NCBI GenBank assembly: GCA_002633005.1
Contig: NMRA01000711.1
Coordinates: 20,821 to 84,820, forward strand
Length of the DNA stretch: 64,000 nt
Source of the DNA: Phoronis australis
Taxonomy: Eukaryota; Animalia; Phoronida
Direction of reading: 5' to 3'
The translations under genes and the position numbers were made by a program. Shown here in pieces: positions 37,601 through 51,300 of the stretch. Position 1 is the stretch's first letter. Each line of letters begins with the position of its first letter. Below the pieces are notes generated by a model. That model was not told the DNA's origin. It made no database searches and saw only the letters and a program-made list of their open reading frames with translations.

Positions 37601-39360
37601 GAACTCATATCACACAGAGCCATAGCTGAAAATGTACCTATGAAGCATGTTAGTATGGTTAAAACAGACTAAGCTAATCTTATATCACAAAATATTTACA
37701 AAACCAATTGAAAAATATGTACACTGTCAGCTACCAACCTCGAGGTTAAGAGGTTTTGTCGCATTTTAAGTGGACAATTGTGGTGAAAAGACACTAGAAA
37801 ATCCAAGCTTAAGATAGTGAAGCCAGACTGAGTCCTTGAAACATGTAGTCTAACCAGCTTACAACAAATATCACATTAGCTCTATTACACAATAAACAGT
37901 AATAGTTAAAACAAAATCATACAGATTGTCAATAATGCGTTATGCTAAAGATGCCAAATAAGAACCGTTCAATTTTCAAGGTTACGTACTAACATTCTAA
38001 TCGTACAAACTGTTTCAACATGTACCAGGTGCACCCAAATGAAAGGATCAACACCTAAATGAACTGCATTAAATAGATATCACACTTCAACATACAGTGA
38101 TGAACTAACACATACATCACATTCACTAATCTAATAGTAGCACTCTCGAAAAATTTTATTCGAAATCTCAATTTCTCCAGGCAAAAGAACAAGTAATCCA
38201 CTTGCTCTGAATTTAACAAGCTGTAACAAGAATTAACCGCACAAAAATAGTACTCTCTGTATTTACACAATTTTCAGGCAAACGATCGCCTTTCGTCGAT
38301 TACAAATATGTCATGCAAACGAGAGAAAACCCCGCGCACATGGGGTTGTTGCTCAAAAAAATTACTACAATAACTCAAAATCCAATCACAGCACTCGTGG
38401 TTTAATTTGACAATAGCAGCACATTGAAGGAAGACAAGACACCAGAGGGCACCACTGGGTAGTAACAGTAACAATTTACAGAGCCATCGTGTGGTCACAG
38501 AGGGAAACCAAGTTCTGGAATAGTTTTTCATTCCAAGCACAATAAAATGGCACTTTATTGAACATATTGTTTCAATGTGACTGAAAAATAATCAAACTGG
38601 CCTTGGAAATTCCCTTGGCATGCTAACTACACTAGAATTGAAACTAACCTAGAACAGGAAGAGGCCAAACTTGTAACAGATGGACAGACCTGTGCAATAG
38701 TTTGGACTGCTTTATACTCAGTATTTCTCATCAAAGCAATGGAAATAAACCCTATCTGGATCAGAAAACTTCTTGAGGTAAATTTTATAAGCAAGAGGCC
38801 TCGTTTTGATTTAGGTTTTAAAAAGGTTGAAGATGTTCCAACCAGTACTAGACAAGCACTAACACAATTAAGTGTAGCAAATGTTGGTTTAACTATGGTG
38901 TCCTCATAATAATGAAGACCAATGCTCACCGACAGCCAACTTGCATGATACTACTAACAAGTAAGGAGAGGAACAGTTAAAAATACCTTTAAGTTGGCTA
39001 AAAATGATACCGTGTTTTCCAAGGACCCGTTTCCTCAAGGTGACCACACTACCCTCATTGTGTAAAAGGCAATGAAATAAAAATAAAAACAGTATCACTT
39101 GAATACATAACAGTGTTGAAACCATCATCAACTACAGCATTTCTCGACTGAAATACAAAATACAACAATCAGTCGCTAAGCATTAACAACCAGTTGGAAC
39201 TCCACACACCAAGTCACTCTACTCTGATTGGACAGCACAGAGGTCAAGGGTTAGTTGACTGTAATGCCATCAGTTAGAATGTGGGTGCAATCCTCAACAG
39301 CCTCGTGATGAAGGGGCTGACAAGTTTGAAGCAGTAGCAGCGCAGTAGCTAGTTGATTGG

Positions 39361-42300
39361 TTAGACATAGCCGTTGGGTAAGTGATCCTCTCTACAACAG
39401 GTCAATGAAGGCTGTTAGTAAAGTGACATGTTACACGGACGTTCAACAGACAAGCACAGCCATGCAGAAACACTCAGCAGACATACGAAACCTTGGCTTG
39501 TTCTGGATGATAAAATGTCCCCTTTTCTCCAAGTCAACAATCCAGGATAGCCTTTAAAATTACTTTTTCTAGTGTAGACATGTAGGCGTGAGCTTGCATG
39601 CAAAACAGCAGCAAGACGTTGCGTTACACAAAATAACGTAATGAAGACCTGGTCGTTACATAGTAAACCTTGGTTGTTTTTCATGCAAACCCTCCCTGGA
39701 CTACAATCCATGGTTATCTACACTCTGACTAAGCCCATCTAAATACAACAGTTCCCAGCAGTAAGCCATCACACACACACACACACAGATGTAAGACTGG
39801 ATTGCTCACAAGTATTATTGACTAGTTTATCTTCCACGTGTTTTCAAGTGATAATGTGATGAAGTTGAACTGCGACGTCAAATGCTTCTAAACTGTCGGC
39901 CATTTTGTTTCTTATCCGAGACAGCATCATGTAGCAGCAGAAGAGTGACTCACTTTGGTGATTTACTGCTGCGTGACTGGCTGGATACAGAACTGCTGAC
40001 CGCACTCTTTTCTCTGGCTTCTTTCCTCTTGGCGTCACTGCCGAGGCCGTGCTTTGAGCGGAGAGGTCTTGCCGTACTGTCCGACTCGGACGATGACCGG
40101 TGAACCAGGGTGGCAGCGGACGGCTTTGATTTTTTGCTAACATGCTAAAAGGGAATTTAGAAACAGTCGTGACATTCTTGAAGATGCATGTTGTTCTGTT
40201 CAGCCAAATGAAAACGGAAATCGAATTAGGCCTGTTACTCTCAAAATATTCCCGACAGATTTCTAATTTTGCAATAAGAACACCAAAACCGTTAGTGACT
40301 CAAGAAAACGTTTCAGTTTATGGGTTTGCCAAACCCAAAAACTGGGAATTCAAAATGACACATTGCCTGTGTTTTTGTTGTAATAGAAATACAAGACCTG
40401 GAAGTCGGAAAGTTCAATAAGAGGACAATGGAACAAATGTCACAAAGAATTTAAGGTAACTACTGGGGAACTGAAACTCAGCACCTTATGAGGAGATTCA
40501 GAAACAAGCACACTGGATCACTTAACAATGTGCATTACAAGGCACACAACTGGATCACTTGACAATGTGCATTACAAGGCACACAACTGGATCACTTGAC
40601 AATGTGCATTACAAGGCACACAACTGGATCACTTGACAATCTGCATTACAATGCACACAACTGCACGATTACTTTAACAATACATCTCAAATTTATAAAA
40701 AAACAAGAAAATTCACAGCCGCTAACTTGATAAATTAAACTTTTAAGTTTGCAGGTTTGCCTACTTACAGATGCACGGCACTTCCATGAGATACAAATAT
40801 GTCAATATGTATAATGACAAAAGAGCATACAGAGTGATCAACTACCTTTCTCTTGATTACACAGGTGACATCTTGTATGGCCACAAATACACCATAGTCC
40901 TTGCCACAGCTGAAGTATTTTTTGCCGTTGAAGTTTCCGTCATGTCGACCAACTGAAACGAGTGGGTTACGGTTAAAAACAAAATGAAACTTGGAACACA
41001 ACAATCACTAGATGGGTGCAGGGTTAGTAAAATTCACAAGTGTGATGACACAGTTTAATTCCTACTACATTCAGGTGTAGAATGTTATTACAAGTTGGAC
41101 ATGACGTGTGATTAGAAGGTAGACAAGCTGGTTGTGACTAGCATTCACAAAGTAATAAGGCAAACTGTCGTCTTGGGAGCAATTAGTGTATTAGTGTCGA
41201 CAATGCTAATAATCTGGCCAATGGTATGCAGTCACTGCTAATAACCCGGCCAATCGTGTGCGATCACCATGGGTGAAGAGACCTTAGCCATAAGTTATGT
41301 CATTACATTGTAAACTTCTGGTATTCTTAAAAAGAATATGGTGAATTTCACGGAGACCAACTTAGTGACAGGAACAACAAAATTATCAATAGGAGGAGCA
41401 GCTCTAGAATGAAGTCATCAGAAAAGTCTCAAGACAAAACCATCGACAAAACATAGGCTTTTCATAAGAATTTTTTACAAGACTTTGTGGACAGAGAAGC
41501 TGTCACATAGACAAATTTGCTAAAATGCCATCATTGGCTAGATCCACTCCAAGCCGAGGCAGGTGTCGCCTCTCTATGATATGAAGATAGATACATGGCA
41601 AATGTAATCAGACAACATACTGTTTCTCGGTCATGACAACGAATTTGTTTAAGGCAAGAATGGCTGACAGTTACTCGTGAAAAATTCATGATTACAGAAC
41701 AGAATTTCTAGCCTGCTATTGTTGAGGTATACTTCCCATCATTCCCTGTCAAGATACATGACTATCACCATCATGACTATCACCACCATGAATTTCCCTT
41801 GCTCCAAGCTGTCGTCACAAGTAATTCCGGATCATTCTCAAATCACTCTTGGTGTGTACTCTATATGTCAGATTACTTTCACATCCATCTGGATACTGAC
41901 ACGCAGGCAAAAAAAACTAAAATTGACCCATACGTGGCACCGACACTATATCTGGTCGTGGTTACATCACTCTTACCCATGGTAACAGAGCTCACCGTCA
42001 TGGTAATACCACTCATATACATCGTGTCCATGCCAACATAACTCCCACTCAAGATAACACGACTCACCAGGAGCATCCAATTCCAGTCCAACAAACACCA
42101 TGCTGGGCGTGCCTATCTTGTCCAAGTGACCAATGTAACGGATGTGACCAGTACGGTCACCCTTGACAACCACATAATCGTCCAACTGGATCTGTAGTTT
42201 GCCACTGCAAAAACATTGTATTGTCCGTGATCAAGGCCCGATGTCTTCTAGACTATTCTATACTCTTTCCTCTGACAATGTAGTCAAACACAACTGAACA

Positions 42301-45300
42301 GCCCCAGTTAACTCTTAACCCACCATAAGTGGCCCCAGTTAACTCTTAACCCACCACCAGTGGCCCCCGTTAACTCTTAAGCCACCACCAGTGGCCCCAG
42401 TTAACTCTTAACCCACCACAAGTGGCCCCAGTTAACTCTTAACCCACCACCAGTGGCCCCAGTTCTACAGAAGACAACACAATAAGTGCAGGAGCCAAAA
42501 CTTTTAACTTAACCTGTCAGTACACATTCTCATAACTATATGTACGCATGTAAAATAAAACTGGCGCGAGTCAGACATGCACAAGCCAGATATCCACTTA
42601 ATTCGGACATTATCAGCGGTACAGTAATAACAATTCATGTGCTCGGCCATTCAGACAAGTTGACTTACTCTAATAACACCTTGTGGTACGTTCGATCCAA
42701 GTTTTACTGCATACACGTACATAATATCACAACTAAGCAAGTATTCATCTGTGCTGTCATTAGCACAGGATTGCCCATCAAGTTTATTTACAGCACAAAT
42801 CAATCTGTCCTGCCTCATAACCACAGTTCAAATTACCAGGACATCTACACATTTAATCTGCAGGGGGCCATCCTAAACATGCGCTGCTTCCAATCATGAC
42901 CAAATGGCGGATTCAATAGCTGAAGAAAACACAAAACTTACTTGACAGTGACCCTGGTGACCTCACGACCTGTCTTGGGTCGTGGACTCTCCGTCGACTC
43001 ACACAGGGTACACTTACAGCCAGGCATAGCAGTTGGAAGGGCTATCTGACCACCGTGTGTACGGTGGATTGGCTTGGACTTGGCTGGACTGAAACATGAC
43101 ACATAGAGCATTTGAACAGCTGCGAGAAATATATATGCAAAGTGCTATTGTCTCCAACACACTTGCAGGAGTTAATATTACTTTGTTTAACCTCCTTGGA
43201 CTTGGAACAGATCAGTCCTAGTGTCAACAGACAATACTTCGAAGCCCCATTTCAGGAGCTGAAATCCACAGAAAACGTGAATAGAGAAAATCGGCATTAA
43301 ATTGCAAGTGTGTAGGTCAAAGAATTCTGCTGCCAATAATGTGCCAAAAGCCAAATGTTGCCGTGTGAAAAACATCTCGACTTTCTTCTTCCAATGCACA
43401 ATCATCGTGAATTATTCTTTGTTTCAATTGACAGTGGGTACAACAAATTGCCTAGACTCCCTATTGCTCATTAACTGCCATGGCAACATAATGAGGCCCA
43501 ATGTGGCAAGCTGCCCTACTCACAACCGGAGCTTACAGGGGATCCAGTAGTGTTAAGGTTAGTCTCAAGTGGCCCAAACTGTCTACTCGACGCAATCTTC
43601 ACATGACCACATTTACTTTCAAAGTAATAAACAATGTCAACAACGCCTCTGTCAAAAAAAATATTTGATCTATATACAAGACAAGGCCATCGTAGTGATT
43701 TGAGATCCTCCACCCCATATGCAATTCCTCCGTCGTTCAGTCAGGCATTCAGAAGGTCTACAGTCATGATGTGCATCAACAACTGGAATTCTCTTCCAGT
43801 CTCGGTTAAGGAAAGCAACTCCTTTACGAGTATAAAAACAGTTTTAGAACTGTTTTTCATAATTTTGATAACTCAACACCATTGATTCAATTCTCCCTTC
43901 CCCGTGATAACGAAATAGCATTATACAGATCAAGATGCTGTCTTTTGCTCAATTCTGACAAGTTTAGGCATAACTTTAGTAATGTATCTCCAAACTGTAA
44001 ATGTGGTGACCATCAATGTTATCCTCATGTTTTCTTCAAATGTCCCCTCATCGAATACCTGAGAGACTCACTCTTTCGTGCAACCAATCAATTGTTGAAG
44101 CTCTCAATTCTTGTAATAATTTCCCTACTAAAATTACTTTATTATTAAATGGTAGTCCTAACTTTGACCTTGTTCTCAATGAATTCCTCCTAAGCAAGGT
44201 TACCAACTTATATGTACCATTTATAAAGTAACATTATTGCTTCTGATTTCCATACATGAATCTGTACATGTTTTTGTCTTTACATATTCGTAATAGCATA
44301 TCTAAATATTGGAATACGTATATTAGATACTACTTAAGTGTATATACCTCTATGTATATTAGTTTCATTTATGAATCGTCTACAACCCAGATATAATGCT
44401 TCGCGATTTCTGGGTTTATCATTATTTTTTGTATATTCTGTGTATTCTTCAATAAATATCACTTTTAAAAAAATGTAACAAGCAGCTTAATGGCAGTGGT
44501 CTGTAGCATCTCATCATTTGATAACTCTTATCAAATCTACAAATCATCTCATCATCTCACAATTCTTCTTAAGTCTACTAATCATATATAACCTGAGCAA
44601 GAAACATGATGAAACCAATTTTATAACAGTAAGCCGCTTTGTTAAATACTTTAATAAACTTTTTCCACACTATTCCATGTCAGAGTTCAAAGAACGGAGA
44701 AAACTGACCTATTTCCCGGGGAAGACGGTAAAGGCAGCGAGTGGCGATAACCTGGTTTCTCGCGTGACGTCGGTAGGCTGGATGTGCTGGTCTCAGAAAC
44801 GTCCGAGTCAGTGCCAGCTGCATTGTTGGATAAACGAGATGTTGTCGGGGTTGTTGTTGAGCACTCGTTCTCCAGGTGAAAGCTATCTGAATACTGTCCG
44901 GTATACTGTCGGGCAAGGTTTATCATCTACAAGACATGATAGACACAAAGCTATCTGAATACTGTCCGGAATATTGTTGGGCAAGGTTTATCATCTACGG
45001 AGAGATGATAAGACATGACGGACACAAAACATTTTTTAACAGTTTAATTTAAAGTGAGATTGCATATGTTTAATGCAGGTACACAGCTAGTGTTACAGCA
45101 GTTCTGACAGGTAAATTTATGGGGATGTTTATATTGTGCAATGGGAGTCAAAGGTAGGAGATGAATTAAGCACAAGGTCGAGGGTCAATATGCACCGGGG
45201 TCAATTTGCACCAGGGTCAATATGCACCTTGTTTTAACAATTTTGCATGTGGACTTTCAAACGAGCATACTGATTTCAACTATTTCATTTAAACATGTTC

Positions 45301-48300
45301 TGACCATCTTCATTTTGCTTTAACTTTCAAACCTTAGAAGTAAAATATGCTTGAAAAATCAACAACCAAGTTCTAACTGTGACAGGGACCACTTCAGCTC
45401 AACAATTGAGCATTCTCTAATGTATAAAGCACCAAAAGCTCAATCCATGAGTTCAAATGTTTCACTATGTCACTCCCAGTCACATGAAAGGAGGGGATCA
45501 TCTTGCATTATCATCTGGTGCTGACTAGAGTAATGATCAAATCACTCCAGTCCTCGCTACATGTAAGTGTACGACCTCTGACCCCAACATCCTATCATAG
45601 TGGTGTCATACCTCAAGCTCTTTGAGACGGCCTTTGAGTATTTCGTTTTCTTTCCGCGCAGCGCCGAGATCTTCCGCCAGTCTAGAGTTCATTCGGACCG
45701 CTGAAAGTAATTACCCCAGACATTAACAAGACTCCTCTACACTATACACTATACACTGCCTAAAACCACAGCTCAAGTTGTTTGTGCACCGCACTACGGC
45801 ATGACTGTCTTATCTTCTGTAGAGTAAGAATTCATTACCATAGCGACAAAAACTCCTTCCCAAAATATAAAGGGCATAGCAGACCTATGAGCTAACAAAA
45901 CTGCTTTTGAATATTTGCCGATTTTCACAAAACTTGCAGATTTAAGCAGAGAAATGAAACACTTAAAATGGCCCACTTAAAAGCAGGTGGTTAATATCCA
46001 ACTGCATTAACACTGTCCGTTATCTTTTAAACAATGAATTTCACAGAATAACGTGTTAAAAAAAGTTACAATCTACCTGTACAAGCAGTTTTCTTCAAAG
46101 AAATTCAATTATCACACTCGGTTATTTGAAAATAACACTATGATGTCAGCCAGAGACAGTTGAAGTTGAATGAAGTATATAATCGACTAATCATAGAAGA
46201 GGTCTCCTGACACTTCAGTAATCGACCAATCATAGAAGAGGTCTCCTGATATTTCAGTAATCGACCAATCATAGAAGAGGTCTCCTGACACTTCAGTAAT
46301 CGACCAATCATAGAAGAGGTCTCCTGACACTTCAGTAATTGACCAATCATAGAAGAGGTCTCCCGACACTTCTGTCCAATCATAGAAGAGGTCTCTTGAC
46401 ACTTCAGGTCAAATTGCAATGAGAATAGCTAAAGTATTTCATAATTCCATAATTTCACATAACTGTTACTTTGGATTCCAACTTATTACCCAATAATGCA
46501 GTCTCCTTCATCTATTTAAACAATACCTGCGTCAAAGTCTTACTTTATGCATGAGTTAGATAACGAACAAGTCTCTTAATTTGTTTAGAGTTGCAATGCA
46601 AACTACAAGTCAACCTTTTATGTGAATGGTATAGATTTACTTTACATGGTCCAGTAAATCCAATCTTGAACATTAACAGAACGATAATGGTGTCCTACTA
46701 CGTGGACAATCCCTCAGAAGGAAAAACGCTCTTATATCAATTAAATCAAATCAAAAATTGTGAAATTTCACGAAAAGTTTTGCAGTGCCCCAAAAGGATA
46801 AAGATTTGTCCCAATTCATGAATTCAAAACAAACTATGCGGAACTCGGGAAGCAACAACCTGACAATCACGTGGGACCTACATTTCACTATCATCTCCTT
46901 GCTAGTGAAGCGATAGTCCCACTAGTGGTAATACAATCATGTGGGACCTACATCTCACTATCATCTCCATGCTAGTGAAGTGATAGTCCCACTAGTGGTA
47001 ATACAATCACGTGGGGCCTACATCTCACTATCATCTCCATGCTAGTGAAGCGATAGTCCCACTAGTGGTAATACAATCACGTGGGGCCTTCATCTCACTA
47101 CCATCCGCATGCTAGTGAAGAGACAGCCCCACTTGAGGCAATACATTTATGTGGTACCTTCATCTCACTAGCACCTCCATGCTAATATGCTAAACTCACA
47201 AAATAAAGCCTCATTCGCCTTCAGCGCCACCTAGTGAATACCACGTCACTCATTATATGTACATCAATCAGTACGCTCCTTCCTCCCTAAAATATCCTGG
47301 ATGCAGTCTAAGTTTTAGCCACGACAGCAAGTCAATAAATGTACACGTTACTGACATTAAACTACACTGGTCCCAAGAGACTGTTACTGATATTAAACTA
47401 CATACTTTCTCTGAACTGTTCTTCCAGCTTGGGGTCATTTGGCGTGAGGAGTTGACACTGGATCTCTCGGGAAACCTGACTACAGCTTGGACTAGAAAAT
47501 GAAGTGAAATTATTACCAATCAAAAATCAGGAAATCATTACGAAAACAACAATTCTCAGGCATTTACAGCAACAAATTCACTTAAAAACGCTGTATTCAG
47601 TTGTACTGTTGAGGTGAAGTCAACGTGGACAACTGTAGACGGGAATGTATGGAGTTAGTAGCATAATTGGCAGCAGAATCAAGCACTCGACTCCCATTTG
47701 ATCCATTAAGTAATGACCACACAATGGGAACATGAAGCGAACGGTACAGGAGTACATATATTCTAGGCGAAAAGAAGTCTTTAAAAAGGGTGACATATAT
47801 GGCTTTAAAGTTTTGAGATGAGCTGGAACAGTTAGATTAATAACTCAACATTTGGATTAAACTACCGATGAAAACTAATCATAACATCCAATAGATTTGT
47901 CTACGTCCTAATTCCATGACAAACGAGAGTCCATTACTACCTGAAGATTACTGACATCAGCTACATGGAATATGGAATAGGACATCTTATGGAAACAGCT
48001 GTGACCACTGGCATTTTCACAAGAGAACAAAACACCTTTCTGACAGACTCCCCTCCCCCCCTTCACCCAGTCCGCTTTTCTTCAATGTTTATTATGAAAA
48101 TAACAGTGCACAATAACAAGAGTTAAGTTCAGAAAGCACTACAAAGCATTATATCAGGGCACCTTCTCGCATAAAGAGCACTTCCGCATTTCGTTGCCCT
48201 ATAGAAAAGATAATGTTTATGTTATGTATATTTTCTAAACTCATTACGAACTGTCACTATGTGTCCGTTTGCACACTCAACTGCTATTTAACTGTGGACA

Positions 48301-51300
48301 CCAATATACTACTCAAGTCAGTAAACAACAAACTGCCGCTATTTTAGATGGAGCACTCCTGGCAGGCCTACCTCATATTTGGCAAGTCTTGGGAAGGTTG
48401 TGATGTGATGTGTGGCAGGGAGAGCCCATGCTCACTTGTAACAATACTGGCAAGGTTGTTGTTGTCACCGCGCCCACCAGGGGGCATCTGTCGCTCCACA
48501 TTGATGTCTATGGTTGTCGTGGAGACGCAGTCCGGTGGCGGATTGTGCACGACCGCTGTGGTCACAGTTTGTGTATCACATGAACTCGAGGAAGACTGTC
48601 TGCGTTTATGAGTTTGACCATTGCCACCACTGCTCATGTTATTATTATTATTATTATTATTGTTTATGTATGTAGAGCTTGTCTTGCCATGACTGCCTAT
48701 ACTGCCAGAACACTGGCTACAACTGGATGTTGGCCGCGATGACAGGCTTGGCTAGAAGACAGAGGAAACATGGTCAGATTACACACTCACTTGACAAGTT
48801 GATGATGACAGTAAACACATTACTTGCTATTTATACATCATGTCGTCACTTTTATCTTTTTTGGCATTTTTTAATACATTCAAAAGGCCGATTTCCAAAA
48901 CACCTAACCACATGACCTTGCACAACTAACCACATGACCTTGGGTAACAGCAAAGAGATAATTGCTAGAATGACTTCTAAGGAACTTTCAAACAGCACCA
49001 GCTTCTACACAAACACATTATTTAGACTTTTCTGTTGTTGTCATAAAGATTGTTCCTCAAAGCCACAACAGTGAGGCAACAAGTGAAACTAGTACAGTAC
49101 AGGCCAATAAAACAGAAATCCCAGTCATGACAGCTAGCACTCAGCAGAATTCTCAGTCATGACAACTAGTCATGAACAGAACTCTCACTCATAACAGCTA
49201 CCCCTGAACAGTACTCCCTGTCATGAAAGGTAGGCCCTGAGTAGATCTCCCAGTAATGACAGCTAGCCTTGAGCAACAATCCCGGTCATGGTGGCTACTC
49301 CTAGTCATGACAGCCAGCACTGAGGAGAATTCCTAGTCATGACAGCTAGCCATGAGCAGATTTCTCCATCACAACAGCTGTGTGCAAGCAAAATTCAACA
49401 CTAGATTAGCTTGAATGAAGAGTCATTGTCTGAAAGCTGGAACTCTGTCTATAGCTGTTTATGACGGCAGTGTTGAGTACAGCATCAGGGGACGATGACT
49501 CACCCGACCAGAGACTGTGTGTTCTCCATCGACGCCGTGAGAATGTAATGAAGGTGGGGTGGGGCTAGCGTTATGACTGTTGCGTAGACTGGACGTGGCT
49601 GATGCTCTCATGTGCAGCACCTCATTCTGTCTCTTCAGGGACAACACTTTTTCCTCCAAGCTGAAGCAACATGAATGGCAATAATAATAATTATAATAAT
49701 AATGAAAATAATAGTAGAGGTCAGAGTTCACAGAATCGGACTTTTTCACGGAATTTAAGGTTCCTCACAGATTTCACACACTGTAGTAGTAAATATCAGA
49801 AATTGAGCATATTTTGCTATCAATTACTGTCAATCAAACCATAACTCAGCAAATGCGTTACCCGAGAGCCCTTAACACCACTTCTCAATCCAACATCACT
49901 TTGTCCCTCTACTATATGCACCTGCATAGACTTGCACTATCATCAGATGAAGTGACCTGACCTATTTCTACACAAATCTCACGACAGTACAATGGAAGCA
50001 TGACAAAACAAAAGGGGTCGCTACAGTACTGTGAAATACTTTCGGAGAGATCTTGTTCATTTTTTTCTTAAAACTTGAAGTGACAATAATGTAGAGTTTG
50101 ATGAAAAATAATCGAGAGTTGAACAAAACCCTCAGTAACAATATAAACAAGCTCACTTCTGACCAACTTCATTATAAAGATCTCATATTGATGACCTCTA
50201 AGTTTAACCCGACGAGACATTTTCAAGAAGCAATGTGGGCTCATCGCATGGGACTGATGACACTTATAGCCACCTAGCTGTATCATGAGGTACTTCTTTC
50301 CTGCGGATGGCATAAGGAGAACGTACATGCCTGACTTCATGAAAAGACCCTTTCAAGTGTGAGATCAGACAACGCTTTTTAAACAAACGTGAAATTGCCT
50401 CTTTATCGTCCAGAGGCCACCAGATGGTGATGCCGCATGACCAGTCACCATGCTGCCACTTGCATAAACCTTCATTCAACTTACTTTCTTTTCTGACAGA
50501 ATAGTGATGCTATGTCAGCACACAGGGGCACGATGCCTTTGCGCGTACTGTTGACAACGAACGCTACAGCCCGCGCAGCGATTTCTTTGTCCTCGACCAA
50601 GTTACCAAGATCTGTACTTCCACCTGTTGACAAAAAGACAAATGAAGGTTAAAACACTGAACATTTTCAGAAAGACTGATATATTAACCCAAGGAAGCTG
50701 GATGCGTGCCTGAAATGGATAAAGAAACGAATGATGAATTATGGGTAAAAGAATTTCCAAGAAAGAAAACAATGAAACCAACTGTCAATGAGATATAGTA
50801 CAAATCTGGAGACTGGTGAGATTAAAAACGATAACATTAAGACACAAGAGATACATCAGGAACTGGAGTTTGTCAACAGAGAAATGATACAACTAGCAGA
50901 TACAGTGGCCTTCACAGGAATGTCAAGTCAATTCTGAAAATGTGAGACTAAATATACATATCTATATGAAGTGAGTGTCAATCAATTAAAGCTGCATTTT
51001 GCCCCATGTAACTAAAAACAATTTGGAATTAGAGCGTATACTCTCCTAATAAGAGATTGTTTCCGTTACCAACAGCAACATGGAAACCATCATCAATTCA
51101 GGGACTCAATAAAACGCTTCAAGGATTCAGGGGAAGCGCTTCTGAGTTTATTGGGATCGGAAAAAGGGTGCATGATTTATGCATTACAAGTGACTTGAGG
51201 AGTAAAAACAATCTTCATTTTAGCCATCTTTACAGGGAAAATGCAGCTTTACATGAAACAAATCAGAAGTGCATACGGGTTATGGATTTTTGCGCCCCAA

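Noticed and set aside
40512-47185. CRISPR-like appearance of the 31-70-bp repeat arrays
   Set aside because: The units are contiguous with no unique spacers, there are no cas genes, and the context is eukaryotic intron.
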